The position numbers and the translations under genes were made by a program. Shown one piece after another: positions 48,200 to 57,582 of a stretch of 64,000 nucleotides of DNA; the first letter of the stretch is position 1, and every line of letters begins with the position of its first letter. The notes below the pieces were generated by a model. That model did no database searches, was not told where the DNA came from, and saw only the letters and a list, made by a program, of their open reading frames with translations. Origin of the DNA: Gemmatimonadaceae bacterium. GTDB taxonomy: Bacteria > Gemmatimonadota > Gemmatimonadetes > Gemmatimonadales > Gemmatimonadaceae. The DNA lies in the NCBI GenBank assembly GCA_044224875.1, contig JBGAJQ010000002.1, positions 152,185 to 216,184 of the forward strand, given 5' to 3'.

Positions 48200-51100
48200 A
48201 TGCGCACGCGCACAACGCTGGTCGGAATCATCGCCATCATGCATGCCTTGGCGTCCGCGCGCCTGCTGACAGCGCAGCCGGCTCCTGCACCTCGTGTCCT
48301 CGTCTTCTCCAAGACAGCCGGCTACCGACATAGCTCCATTGAAACGGGGATCGCCGCGCTCAAGAAGCTTGGGCAGGAGCAGGGGTTCGCCGTGGACGCG
48401 ACTGAAGACGCCGCCACGTTCACCGACAAGAATCTCAAGGGATATCGCGCGATTGTCTTCCTGAGCACCACGGGGGATGTGCTCAATCCCACCCAGGAGT
48501 CGGTCTTCGAGCGGTACATCCAGGCGGGTGGCGGTTACGTCGGCATTCACTCGGCGACCGACACCGAGTATCAGTGGCCGTGGTATGGCAAGTTGGCCGG
48601 CGCCTACTTCAATGGGCACCCGGGAAATCCTAACGTGAGAAAGGGCACCTTCCGCGTCGTGGACAAGGGCGATCCATCGACCCAAGGGCTTCCCGACCGA
48701 TGGGAGCGCGAGGACGAGTTCTACAATTTCAAGTCGTTGCAGCCGGACCTTCACGTGCTTGTGGACATCGACGAGCGCAGCTATGAGGGTGGAACGAATG
48801 GCGAACGCCACCCGATGAGCTGGTATCACGCGTTCAACGGCGGCAGAGCGTGGTACACCAGCATGGGGCATACGGAGGGGACGTTCTCCGAGCCTCTCTT
48901 CCTGCGCCACCTACTCGGGGGCCTTCGTTACGCCATGGGTAGCGCGCCGCTGGACTATCGGCGCTCGCGCCCCGAGGAGAATCGATTCACGCAGGTGGTG
49001 TTGGGATCCAAGCTGAACGAACCGATTGAGCTGGCGGTGCTTCCAGACGAGCGCGTGCTCTTCATCGAACGGGCCGGAGCCATCAAGCTCTACTCGCCGG
49101 TGACGAAGCAGATCAAGCAGATCGGATCGTTGGCCGTCAGCATGAAGTACACCAATGGCGAGCGTGCCGAGGATGGATTGTTGGGGCTGGCGATCGACCC
49201 CGGGTTTGCGAGCAACGGGTGGGTGTACATGTACTACTCGCCCGCTGGGCCGGAACCCAGAAACGTCCTGGCGCGCTACACCATGCGCGGCGATTCGCTC
49301 GACCTCTCCTCGGGCAAGATGGTGCTCGAGGTGAAGGTGCAACGCGACCAGTGTTGTCATACCGGTGGGTCCATCGCCTTTGACGGGCATGGGAATCTCT
49401 TCCTCTCCACCGGTGACAACACGAACCCGTTTGGCACCGGCTACGCGCCGATCGATGAACGCGAGGGTCGTTCGCCGTGGGACGCGCAGAAGTCATCGGC
49501 CAACACCAACGATCTGCGCGGGAAGATCATTCGCATCCATCCGGAGCCCGATGGGTCATACACGATCCCTGCGGGGAACCTCTTTCCTCCGGGCACGGAC
49601 AAGACGCGCCCCGAGATCTATACCATGGGTCACCGGAATCCTTACCGGATCTCGGTCGACCCGCATGACGGTGTGTTGTATTGGGGAGACGTTGGGCCAG
49701 ATGCCAATGTCGATTCGGCCGGGCGCGGTCCCGCGGGTCAGGATGAAATCGGGCGTGCACCCAAGGCGGGCAACTACGGTTGGCCACTCTTCGTCGGCGA
49801 TAACAAGGCCTACTATCACGTCGACTTCAACACCGGCCAAACCGGCGCGCCATTCGACGCAGACCATCCGGTGAACGACTCGCCGAACAACACCGGGCTC
49901 ACGGCCCTTCCGCCAGCTCAAAAGGCGTTTATCTGGTATCCGTACGGGCCATCGGTCGAGTTTCCACTGGTGGGGAACGGCGGTCGCACGGCCTTGGCCG
50001 GTCCAGTGTTTCACCGGGACGATTTCGGCACCGCAGCACGGACATGGCCGACCTATTACGACGGGAAGCTCCTGACCTACGACTGGATGCGCGGCTGGAT
50101 CATGGCCGTCACCATGGATGCGAGCGGCAACTTCGCGGACATGGAGCGATTCATGCCGAGCACGAAGTTCGCGAACCCGACGGACATGGCGTTCGGGCCT
50201 AACGGCGATCTGTACCTGCTCGAGTATGGTACCACGTGGTTCCAAGGCAATGACGACGCGCGGCTGTCGCGCATCGAATTCAATGCGGGGAATCGCGCGC
50301 CGGTTGTCGTCGCCAAGGTCGACCGTCCCGTGGGTGCGGTTCCGCTCCGAGTGAGATTGTCGGCGGAGGGCACCACCGATGCCGACGATGACTCGCTGCG
50401 GTACCAGTGGACCATCAAGCGTCGCGATGGCTCGACCTTTCGACGCCTAACGGGGTCAAAGGCGGGCCTCACGATCGCGCAGCCCGGCACATATACCGCC
50501 ACACTCACGGTGACCGATGCACAGGGAGCGCGGTCGAGCACGAAGGTGCTCGTGGCCGCGGGGAACGCACCGCCCACGGTGTCCGTAGATGTCGTCGGCA
50601 GCAACCGTTCGTTCTACTTTCCCGGCGTTCCGATCCACTATGCGGTACGCGTCACCGATCGCGAGGACGGCTCCCTTGCCAATGGACGGATTGCCGCACG
50701 GCGTGTTCGTGTGACGGCCGATGTGGTGGAGGACTCCCCGGAATTGGGCATCGGAGACATCCCGATGCGCCATGCCGAGGGAAAGGGCTTGCTCGAGGCG
50801 TCCGATTGCCTTTCCTGTCATAAGGTGGACCGGAAGTCGATCGGCCCAGCGTACGTAGCGGTGGCTACACGCTACCAAGGCGACACCGCCGCGGCGCAGC
50901 GACTCGCCAGGAAGATCCGGGCTGGCGGGTCTGGTGTGTGGGGGAACGCGGTCATGCCTGCTCACGCCCAACTTACGGAGCGCGAGTCGGCACAGGTGGT
51001 AGCCTACATCCTGAGTCTTGCCGAACAGCCTAGCGAAGAGATGCAACTGCCGGTGACCGGCGACTACGTGCTCCCCGATTCGATATCGCGGACGCCTGAC

Positions 51101-51613
51101 GCCGCGGTGGTACTCCAGGCGACGTACATGGACCGGGGAGCCAATGGCCTGTTGGGTACGCAGTCCGGAGCCGCCCTGGTGCTGCGTTCGCCATCGAGAG
51201 TTGTAGCTGACGCCGAGCTATCGGAAGGCGCGGGAAAGGTGAAGGTGGACGATATCCCCGTGGAAGTGACCCTCGCCAATCGCGCAGGTGCGTACGCCAA
51301 GTTTGCAAAGGTCGACCTGACGGGGCTGTCGGCGGTGGTGCTCTCGGGTGTTGCTCCAGCCGAACGGCAGGCCGCCGGCGGCACCGTGGAAGTTCGCGTC
51401 GATTCCGTCACGGGCCCGCTGCTGGGGGCAACGGACGCAATTCGTCCAGTGCAAGGAGAGAAACCCATGTCGTATCGTGCGACGCTACAGCCCACCACTG
51501 GCTCGCATGACGTGTACCTGGTGTTCCGCAACGACCTGGTGACGACGCCGCAACTCCTCTTCGCGCTACTGACGGCAACGTTCGAAAGCGCAGCAGTGGC
51601 CGGGCCGCGGTAA
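48200..51613 (+). CDS. Secreted multidomain protein: ThuA-like, GSDH/PQQ-type propeller, PKD, cytochrome c, CBM6-like
   Basis: VLVFSKTAGYRHSSI, GIHSATDTEY, CCHTGG, DLRGKIIRI, GHRNPYR, ATLTVTD, CLSCH...IGP...MP, HDVYLVF. Confidence 0.9.
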   Translation: MRTRTTLVGIIAIMHALASARLLTAQPAPAPRVLVFSKTAGYRHSSIETGIAALKKLGQEQGFAVDATEDAATFTDKNLKGYRAIVFLSTTGDVLNPTQESVFERYIQAGGGYVGIHSATDTEYQWPWYGKLAGAYFNGHPGNPNVRKGTFRVVDKGDPSTQGLPDRWEREDEFYNFKSLQPDLHVLVDIDERSYEGGTNGERHPMSWYHAFNGGRAWYTSMGHTEGTFSEPLFLRHLLGGLRYAMGSAPLDYRRSRPEENRFTQVVLGSKLNEPIELAVLPDERVLFIERAGAIKLYSPVTKQIKQIGSLAVSMKYTNGERAEDGLLGLAIDPGFASNGWVYMYYSPAGPEPRNVLARYTMRGDSLDLSSGKMVLEVKVQRDQCCHTGGSIAFDGHGNLFLSTGDNTNPFGTGYAPIDEREGRSPWDAQKSSANTNDLRGKIIRIHPEPDGSYTIPAGNLFPPGTDKTRPEIYTMGHRNPYRISVDPHDGVLYWGDVGPDANVDSAGRGPAGQDEIGRAPKAGNYGWPLFVGDNKAYYHVDFNTGQTGAPFDADHPVNDSPNNTGLTALPPAQKAFIWYPYGPSVEFPLVGNGGRTALAGPVFHRDDFGTAARTWPTYYDGKLLTYDWMRGWIMAVTMDASGNFADMERFMPSTKFANPTDMAFGPNGDLYLLEYGTTWFQGNDDARLSRIEFNAGNRAPVVVAKVDRPVGAVPLRVRLSAEGTTDADDDSLRYQWTIKRRDGSTFRRLTGSKAGLTIAQPGTYTATLTVTDAQGARSSTKVLVAAGNAPPTVSVDVVGSNRSFYFPGVPIHYAVRVTDREDGSLANGRIAARRVRVTADVVEDSPELGIGDIPMRHAEGKGLLEASDCLSCHKVDRKSIGPAYVAVATRYQGDTAAAQRLARKIRAGGSGVWGNAVMPAHAQLTERESAQVVAYILSLAEQPSEEMQLPVTGDYVLPDSISRTPDAAVVLQATYMDRGANGLLGTQSGAALVLRSPSRVVADAELSEGAGKVKVDDIPVEVTLANRAGAYAKFAKVDLTGLSAVVLSGVAPAERQAAGGTVEVRVDSVTGPLLGATDAIRPVQGEKPMSYRATLQPTTGSHDVYLVFRNDLVTTPQLLFALLTATFESAAVAGPR

Positions 51614-51628
51614 CTGGGCGCCCGCAGA

Positions 51629-52588
51629 CTACGACATGCCACACGTCTGTAGGCTCAGCTTCCAATTTTGCTGCACCAGGTAGTCGCGGCTGCCTAACCG
51701 GATGTTCGCCATTGCCCCATTCGCGGTGGTGTAGGTCGTGCCAAAGGTCCACACGCACTTGTCGGCATTCTCATCCTTCACGGCGTCGTACCAGCTGGTG
51801 ATGCCCGGATCGGTGGCGGCCTCCTCCACCTCGTGCGCAATCGGCGTAACGATCGCATCGGCGCCAAAGTCGTCGTTCGGAGACCCTTGAAGTCTGGTGC
51901 AAACGCCTGGCAGGTCCTGCACCCACGGGAGAACCGCATACAGAACCTTCTTGGTTCCCCACGAGAAGTAGTAGTGGTACGCGCAGTACGCGCTGCCGAA
52001 TCCGCCGCCGAGGTTTACGCCTGGTCCAGCGAATACGAGGTAGATCGTCTGCTGATCGTAGGCGAGCGCGCCGCTCGTGAGGCCAGCGGCGATTTGCGCA
52101 CGCACGGCCATGTCTCCAACGACCGGATTTGGGCCAGGTGACGGTGCCCAATACGCCGTGTAGGTCAGGGCCGAACCGACTCGTCCGCCCATCCGATCCG
52201 TATACTCATTATTGATTGACCAGTACGGAGAGCCGCCGAGGTTCCTCAGAAAATCGCCGACAATCGAAGCGTCGGCACTCCCCGGGCCGGTTGTGCCTGG
52301 CGCCGGGCCCCCTGCAAACAACGTCGCATTTCCCCAGTAGATCGCGACCATCTTTGTCGCGCGTGTGACGGGCCCATTGTGATACGTGATCGGCAAAGCC
52401 TGTGTCCCAAGCGCTCGGCGTGCCGCGGTCTCCTGCACCGTTCGCATCAACGCTGGTCCATCCGCGTCAGCCAATACCGCCCCCTTGCCATCAGGCGCCG
52501 CGCTACCTAACGCCGAAGTTGGCGCCTCACGGCCAGAACACGCCAAAATACCGGAGCACATCGCCGCTATCATGATGGTTGCGCGCAC
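51629..52588 (-). CDS. EXORDIUM/phosphate-induced protein 1 (Phi-1)-like lipoprotein
   Basis: ILAC lipobox, ITYHNGPV, IYW, YCAYH, PNDDFGAD, IAHEVEEAATDP, ENADKC, YLVQQNW. Confidence 0.75.
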   Translation of the reverse strand: MRATIMIAAMCSGILACSGREAPTSALGSAAPDGKGAVLADADGPALMRTVQETAARRALGTQALPITYHNGPVTRATKMVAIYWGNATLFAGGPAPGTTGPGSADASIVGDFLRNLGGSPYWSINNEYTDRMGGRVGSALTYTAYWAPSPGPNPVVGDMAVRAQIAAGLTSGALAYDQQTIYLVFAGPGVNLGGGFGSAYCAYHYYFSWGTKKVLYAVLPWVQDLPGVCTRLQGSPNDDFGADAIVTPIAHEVEEAATDPGITSWYDAVKDENADKCVWTFGTTYTTANGAMANIRLGSRDYLVQQNWKLSLQTCGMS

Positions 52589-52800
52589 TCACCAGCCTCA
52601 CGTGGAAGGACGCGCCAATTAAGTGACGATGCCGGGAGGTGTGGATGATCCAGCGCACCAACTTCCTGTCCAAAATTCACCGACAGGTGCATCGTTTGCT
52701 GGAGCATCATTCAGCGTCGTCGCGCGACGCGGCTTACCGGCTTCCCTGGGCAGGCGGCTTACGCCCGGCTATCAAAGAAGTCGCGACGATCGCCAACACA

Positions 52801-52825
52801 CGGGTGCGCCGAAAAAGGCGCCCCG
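52801..52825 (-). terminator. GC-rich hairpin just after the DUF5916-like gene
   Basis: Minus strand cggggcgcc-tttttc-ggcgcacccg, 20 nt past the stop. Weak U-tract. Confidence 0.4.
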
Positions 52826-52844
52826 CACGATGGTGGAGGTGCCG

Positions 52845-55355
52845 TCAGGGGTTCAGCCAGTACGCGATCTTCACGAGTAATGTGTTGATCGGATGAGCGC
52901 GGAACAGGTCACGGTAGTCCCGAGAGAAACTGAAGGTCCCCGGATTGAGCTCCGTTTGCGCGCGCCCTTGCTGCCACACAACGAACAGGGTGGAGCCGGC
53001 ACGATACTCCCAGCGAACAACGGCATTCGAGTTGAACTGTTTAAAGTTGAAGCCGTCGGGGCTGCGTCCATCACCGTACGCCGCAAAACGTGCGGACACG
53101 TCTCTCGCGCGAGCCTGCGCGATCTCGCGCCACTTGGAGAAGGACCCCGTACTGACGAAGGGTTGAGCGTACAATTGCACCGAGAGCGTCGGCGTGGCGG
53201 TCCAGTTCGCGCGCCCGGTCACGCCAAACGTGGTTTGGTCCAAGCGAGCAAACGTGAAGTGCGTGGTGTCGCTGAGCGTCGCGCCGTAGTTGCCGGCCCA
53301 TTGTTGATCCTCGACGCGCTTCTCCGCGTTGATGCCCAGGCTCATCGTGAAGCGACTGGCGGAGCGCAGGTCAAACGAAAATGACCCGCCGCTGGCCGTG
53401 GAGCGGCCGTCGTCACCTCGCTCCACATACCCCTCGGCGGTCGGGATCAGCACGTCTCGTGGGTCGCCGAGGATGTCGAGCTGTGCGCGATGCCGCGCCG
53501 ACTGAAAGAGCGCTGGGCCGCCACGCGCGCACGGAATGCAGTAGGTGGTGCCATAGTTCGTCAGTTTGTACGTAAAAGCCGCATTCCAGCTGTTCAGGAA
53601 CTCCATGCCGGTGTGCAGCTGCACGCTGGTGCCCGACGCGAGACCTTCGATCGTCCATTTGTTTTCGGTGTCGATCTGACCATACGCGAGCCGATAGTAG
53701 GACCCTGGCCGGAGCGAGCGCAGGCTCACTGAGTTCCGTACCGACTGCTCGTTCACGGTGGAGACCAGGCCGATATCATTGACTTCCTCCCCGACAGTTG
53801 CCCTACGCAGGAACGACGAGAACTTCACCCGACCCGAGATCTTGGACAGGGCGACGGTGGTGAAGCTGCCCGCCATGCCAGTGCGGGTGGAGTCGAACTC
53901 GACTCGGTCGTCCGGGCGCTGGTACAGGTGCACAGGATTGAGCTGCGTGAGCGCGATGGCCTGTCGCGACCCAGCGACCGTGGTACCGCCGGTCCACGAA
54001 GCGAACTCGTATCGATCGTGCCCAAAGCGGTGAAATCCCTCGATGAAGCCCACGTACGCGGAACGTCGCAGGTAGGGCTCGGTCCACTGGTCCAGGGAAC
54101 GGTTGGTCGCGGTGAACTCGACACCTAACGCTGACCGGCCGTTACGGAAGGCCTGCTGCATGCGCCCGACAAAATAGTTGGTCTGCGGTTCGATGGTTGT
54201 GCCCTGCTCGCCGACCTCGTGCTGTGTGAGGGCATCGACGATCCCGATCGACAAACCGCGGGACAGCCGTCCGGTGAGCTTGGCGGCCCCGAGGATCGTC
54301 GTCGTGGTTGGGTCCCGATCGGAGCTGCGCAACTGCGGCGTGCGACCGATGCGACGGGTGTAGAAGGACCCTTGGCACGGCTGGCACTTGAAGAGACCTA
54401 CCCCTTCCTGAAAGAATGGCCGCCGTTCCTCGAACCGAATCTCGAACGCGGTCAGGTTCAACACCGCGGGGTCGGCCTCGACCTGACCGAAGTCCGGGTT
54501 GAACGTCGCGTCGACCGTGAGGTTTTGCGTGAGCCCATACTTCGCGTCCAAGCCGGCGGTGAGCTTTTGCGGGTGACCCCACCCCTCCTCACGCGACTCC
54601 GTCACGTTCTTGGTGACCACGTAGGGAAGAAGCTCGAGGCGGCTCGAACGCTCGATGGCGCCGATCCCTTGCAGCTGCCCGAGCTGTGATGCGAGGGCTT
54701 GCTTGGCCAGCGAGTACGACGGCCACGCCACGCGCTCGTTGTACCTGGCGATATCACGCCACACGCCGAAGCCGAACGTGTGTGTCTCCGCCGCTGCAAA
54801 GCGTAGTTGGCTGAATGGTATGCGATACTCCGCGACCCAACCCAACGAGTCGACGCGTGTGGCGGCATCCCAGATGCCATCCCATGACAGGTCTTCGATG
54901 TTGTCCTGGTAGATCGAGGCGTCCCGCTTGACCCCGGCGGGGTTGACGGCCATCTCCACACCCGTTCGACGGTCGTTGTAGGCGTCGATGATGACCTTGA
55001 TCTGGTCAGATTGCGTCCGAACGTCACGCCGCGACAGGATCGAGAGCAGGGAATCGGGATGCGGATCGAACGCACGCACCAGGACGTACAGATTTCGGTC
55101 ATCGTACGCCACGCGCACCACCGTTCGGAAGGTCGGCTCCCCGTCCTCTGCCGGCGCGAATTGGCGAAATTGGTCGATCGCCGGCGCCGACTGCCAGATC
55201 TCGTCTCCCTCGAGGCCGTCCACGACCGGAGGACGTGCAGCTCGAACCGCGGTCCCCGTGGTGGCAGGCAACACTTGGTTCGTAGACACGATGCGCGGTG
55301 CCTGGGCAAGAATCGAACTCCCGGCCAGCAACAACGGGAGGAACGTCACCTTCAT
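52845..55355 (-). CDS. CBM9-like plus DUF5916 outer-membrane protein
   Basis: PVVDG, YDDRNLYV, WVAEYRIPFSQLRF, TFNPDFGQVEAD, FEERRPFFQEG, YTRRIG, VRWEYRAGS. Confidence 0.88.
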   Translation of the reverse strand: MKVTFLPLLLAGSSILAQAPRIVSTNQVLPATTGTAVRAARPPVVDGLEGDEIWQSAPAIDQFRQFAPAEDGEPTFRTVVRVAYDDRNLYVLVRAFDPHPDSLLSILSRRDVRTQSDQIKVIIDAYNDRRTGVEMAVNPAGVKRDASIYQDNIEDLSWDGIWDAATRVDSLGWVAEYRIPFSQLRFAAAETHTFGFGVWRDIARYNERVAWPSYSLAKQALASQLGQLQGIGAIERSSRLELLPYVVTKNVTESREEGWGHPQKLTAGLDAKYGLTQNLTVDATFNPDFGQVEADPAVLNLTAFEIRFEERRPFFQEGVGLFKCQPCQGSFYTRRIGRTPQLRSSDRDPTTTTILGAAKLTGRLSRGLSIGIVDALTQHEVGEQGTTIEPQTNYFVGRMQQAFRNGRSALGVEFTATNRSLDQWTEPYLRRSAYVGFIEGFHRFGHDRYEFASWTGGTTVAGSRQAIALTQLNPVHLYQRPDDRVEFDSTRTGMAGSFTTVALSKISGRVKFSSFLRRATVGEEVNDIGLVSTVNEQSVRNSVSLRSLRPGSYYRLAYGQIDTENKWTIEGLASGTSVQLHTGMEFLNSWNAAFTYKLTNYGTTYCIPCARGGPALFQSARHRAQLDILGDPRDVLIPTAEGYVERGDDGRSTASGGSFSFDLRSASRFTMSLGINAEKRVEDQQWAGNYGATLSDTTHFTFARLDQTTFGVTGRANWTATPTLSVQLYAQPFVSTGSFSKWREIAQARARDVSARFAAYGDGRSPDGFNFKQFNSNAVVRWEYRAGSTLFVVWQQGRAQTELNPGTFSFSRDYRDLFRAHPINTLLVKIAYWLNP

Positions 55356-55394
55356 TCGGAAATTCCCACGCATTGGAAATCTGCTAGACGGTGG

Positions 55395-56615
55395 TCACTT
55401 GGGGGTCACTCGAAACAGGCCCCCTGGATTCGCGTTCTCAATCAACCAGACCGCGCCATCGGGAGCGATCGCCACGTCGCGAATCTGATGGTTGACGCTC
55501 CAACGCTCGGCGGGCGTGGCTCCGCCGCGGCTGTCGAACGTGATTCGACTGAGGGAGCGGGTGGCCAGTCCGCCGATGAGCGCCGAACCTTGCCACTGAG
55601 GAAACATCGACCCCTTGTAGAACGTGAGGTTGCCCGGTGCGATGACTGGCGTCCAGTAGATGACCGGTTTCGCGAGGTCAGAGCGTGTGTCGGGGTGCGG
55701 AATAGGGACGCCGTTGTAGTTGGAACCATAAGAGACCAGGGGCCACCCGTAGTTCTTGCCGGGCTCGATGAGGTTTAGCTCGTCGCCGCCAGCTGGTCCA
55801 TGTTCCAGCTCCCACAATCGACCGTCAGGTGCAAACGCCAGGCCGTACGGCGTGCGATGCCCAGTCGTCCACGTCTCCGCTGGCGTGAGGTTTGGTCCGG
55901 GAAAGGCGTAGGTGGAAACGACGGGGGCAGTCTTCGCGAGCTCTGTGTCACGCGGTGGGTTGATTACGGACAGCGAGGGAGCGCCAGTCTTCCCTGCCTG
56001 TGGATTGCCGGGCGCCGGCTTGCCGTCGAGCGTGAGGCGCAGGATCTTGCCTAACGGCGAGTCTGGATCCTGGGCTGGCGTCATGCGCTGGCGCTCGCCG
56101 ACCGTCAGGAACAAGAAAAGGTCGTCTGGAGAGAAGGCGACGGCCGCGCCAAACTGCCCGCCGCGGCCTCGCTCGCCGTCCCGCCAGATGACCTCCAGAT
56201 CCTCCAGGCTTGCCGAGCCGCCGGAGATAGAGAGACGGGCACGCGCGAGCGCCAGGCTGGAGCCACCAATTCCAGGCTCTGAGTACGTGAGGTAGACGTG
56301 ATGTGTCGCGGCGAAGTTCGGCGAGGTGAAGACGCCCAGCATTCCGCCTTGGCCGCCGTACTGGACTGCCGGCGCGTTGGCCACCTGCGTCTTCTCTCCT
56401 TGTTGAGTGACCAGCCACAGCGGACCGACCTTCTCCGTGACGAGCATGCGTCCGTCGGGAAGGAACGCGATGCGCCAAGGCAGGTTGAACGCCGCCACCT
56501 GCGTCAAGGTGAAGGGCGCGTTGGCGTCCGCCGCTTGGGTGCCCGCATTGACTTGGGCGCGCGCGGAGGTGGAGATGACGGTCAGGAAGAGGATCGAGCA
56601 CGCGGCAAGCTTCAT
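55395..56615 (-). CDS. PQQ-dependent aldose sugar dehydrogenase (YliI/GSDH-like)
   Basis: PWRIAFLPDG, GQGGMLGV, GKILRL, GHRTPYG, EHGPAGGDELN, NYGWP. Confidence 0.92.
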   Translation of the reverse strand: MKLAACSILFLTVISTSARAQVNAGTQAADANAPFTLTQVAAFNLPWRIAFLPDGRMLVTEKVGPLWLVTQQGEKTQVANAPAVQYGGQGGMLGVFTSPNFAATHHVYLTYSEPGIGGSSLALARARLSISGGSASLEDLEVIWRDGERGRGGQFGAAVAFSPDDLFLFLTVGERQRMTPAQDPDSPLGKILRLTLDGKPAPGNPQAGKTGAPSLSVINPPRDTELAKTAPVVSTYAFPGPNLTPAETWTTGHRTPYGLAFAPDGRLWELEHGPAGGDELNLIEPGKNYGWPLVSYGSNYNGVPIPHPDTRSDLAKPVIYWTPVIAPGNLTFYKGSMFPQWQGSALIGGLATRSLSRITFDSRGGATPAERWSVNHQIRDVAIAPDGAVWLIENANPGGLFRVTPK

Positions 56616-56819
56616 TGGTTCCCCATCACGGTTTGAGCGGCACCCCTTCGTGATATCGACGAAAGGGCAAATCTGGGCAGTCCGCAGGCCCTGAACGCTA
56701 CGCGCTGGGCGCTGTCTTGTGCCAGCCTGCGAGGGCCATCAGGTGACCCAAACTGGGGCATCGCCACGGCCCTTCGCGCGGCGCGGGAAGTCGACGGCGC
56801 CACCGGATCGACGCGGTCG

Positions 56820-56848
56820 TTGCCGAGGGCTGCACAGAAGGCTAAGCT
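56820..56848 (+). promoter_or_regulatory. Candidate sigma-70 promoter giving a leaderless transcript
   Basis: TTGCCG, 17 bp, TAAGCT, then 5 nt to ATG 56854. No SD sequence. Confidence 0.55.
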
Positions 56849-56853
56849 GCCGT

Positions 56854-57213
56854 ATGGCGGCCTTCGAACTCAGGATCATTCGTGAACCCATATCGCGTGC
56901 GGAGCTTGCCTCGGCCGCGACGTTAGGTTTTGGCGACATGATCAAAGCCGTCGTGGACGTGACGAGGGGCATCATGGCCGTTGGCGCGGAACTTCATGCC
57001 GACGAGGAATCCGCGTTACTCGACGACGGCTCCATCCAGACGGATCTTTGGGGAATCAACCTGTATCCCTCGGAGTCCGGCGACGGTTGGCTCGAGTTCG
57101 ACTCCATGATCAACGTGCGTCCAGCGCAAGGTAATCGTAGCCGAGGCGTTGATGACGCGACCATGAGAGAGCGCATCCTACGAACGGTGAGCGACCTCGT
57201 CACGGGCCCATGA
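56854..57213 (+). CDS. DUF5674-like protein
   Basis: FGDMIKAVVDV, ELHADEE, LWGINLYP, EFDSMINVRPAQGNRSRGV. Confidence 0.8.
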   Translation: MAAFELRIIREPISRAELASAATLGFGDMIKAVVDVTRGIMAVGAELHADEESALLDDGSIQTDLWGINLYPSESGDGWLEFDSMINVRPAQGNRSRGVDDATMRERILRTVSDLVTGP

Positions 57214-57560
57214 CATCCTCCCCCTTACACGGAGGACTCGCGCAGCGTTGGGGTGGGCTGTCGATCCTGGAACAGCTGGCGAACGTCGGTAGTGAGGTGG
57301 ATCGTGCGATCCGCGCTCATGAGGCAAGGAACACCGCGCGCTTCGAGCCGGCATTCGCTCGAGCGTTGGAACTGTTCGACCTTACAGCGGCAGATCCCCG
57401 ATGGCGCGGGGGCAGGCGACGTGAAATCCTCCGTGGACGCGAGGAATTCTGTCGCATCTTTCACGATGCGTCCGTTGACCCGCAGTCCGCGCCAGGGTTG
57501 CGGAAGTACTTCCTGAATTTTGCCGCGGCCGTGAACCGGCAACGTCATGGAACCACCTAA
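57210..57560 (+). CDS. Small all-helical conserved hypothetical protein coupled to the DUF5674-like gene
   Basis: ATGA overlap. RW..LS..EQLANVGSEVDRA, RALELFDLT..DP, REILRGRE. Confidence 0.75.
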   Translation: MTSSPLHGGLAQRWGGLSILEQLANVGSEVDRAIRAHEARNTARFEPAFARALELFDLTAADPRWRGGRRREILRGREEFCRIFHDASVDPQSAPGLRKYFLNFAAAVNRQRHGTT

Positions 57561-57582
57561 ACACGCCAATTCAGAGACAACG

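Noticed and set aside
48044..48910. Long N-terminal extensions in the ORF track (also 19062-19478, 39110-39385, 34056-34301, 35699-36100, 59892-60326)
   Set aside because: They overlap genuine genes or promoters, and signal peptides or RBSs mark the downstream starts.
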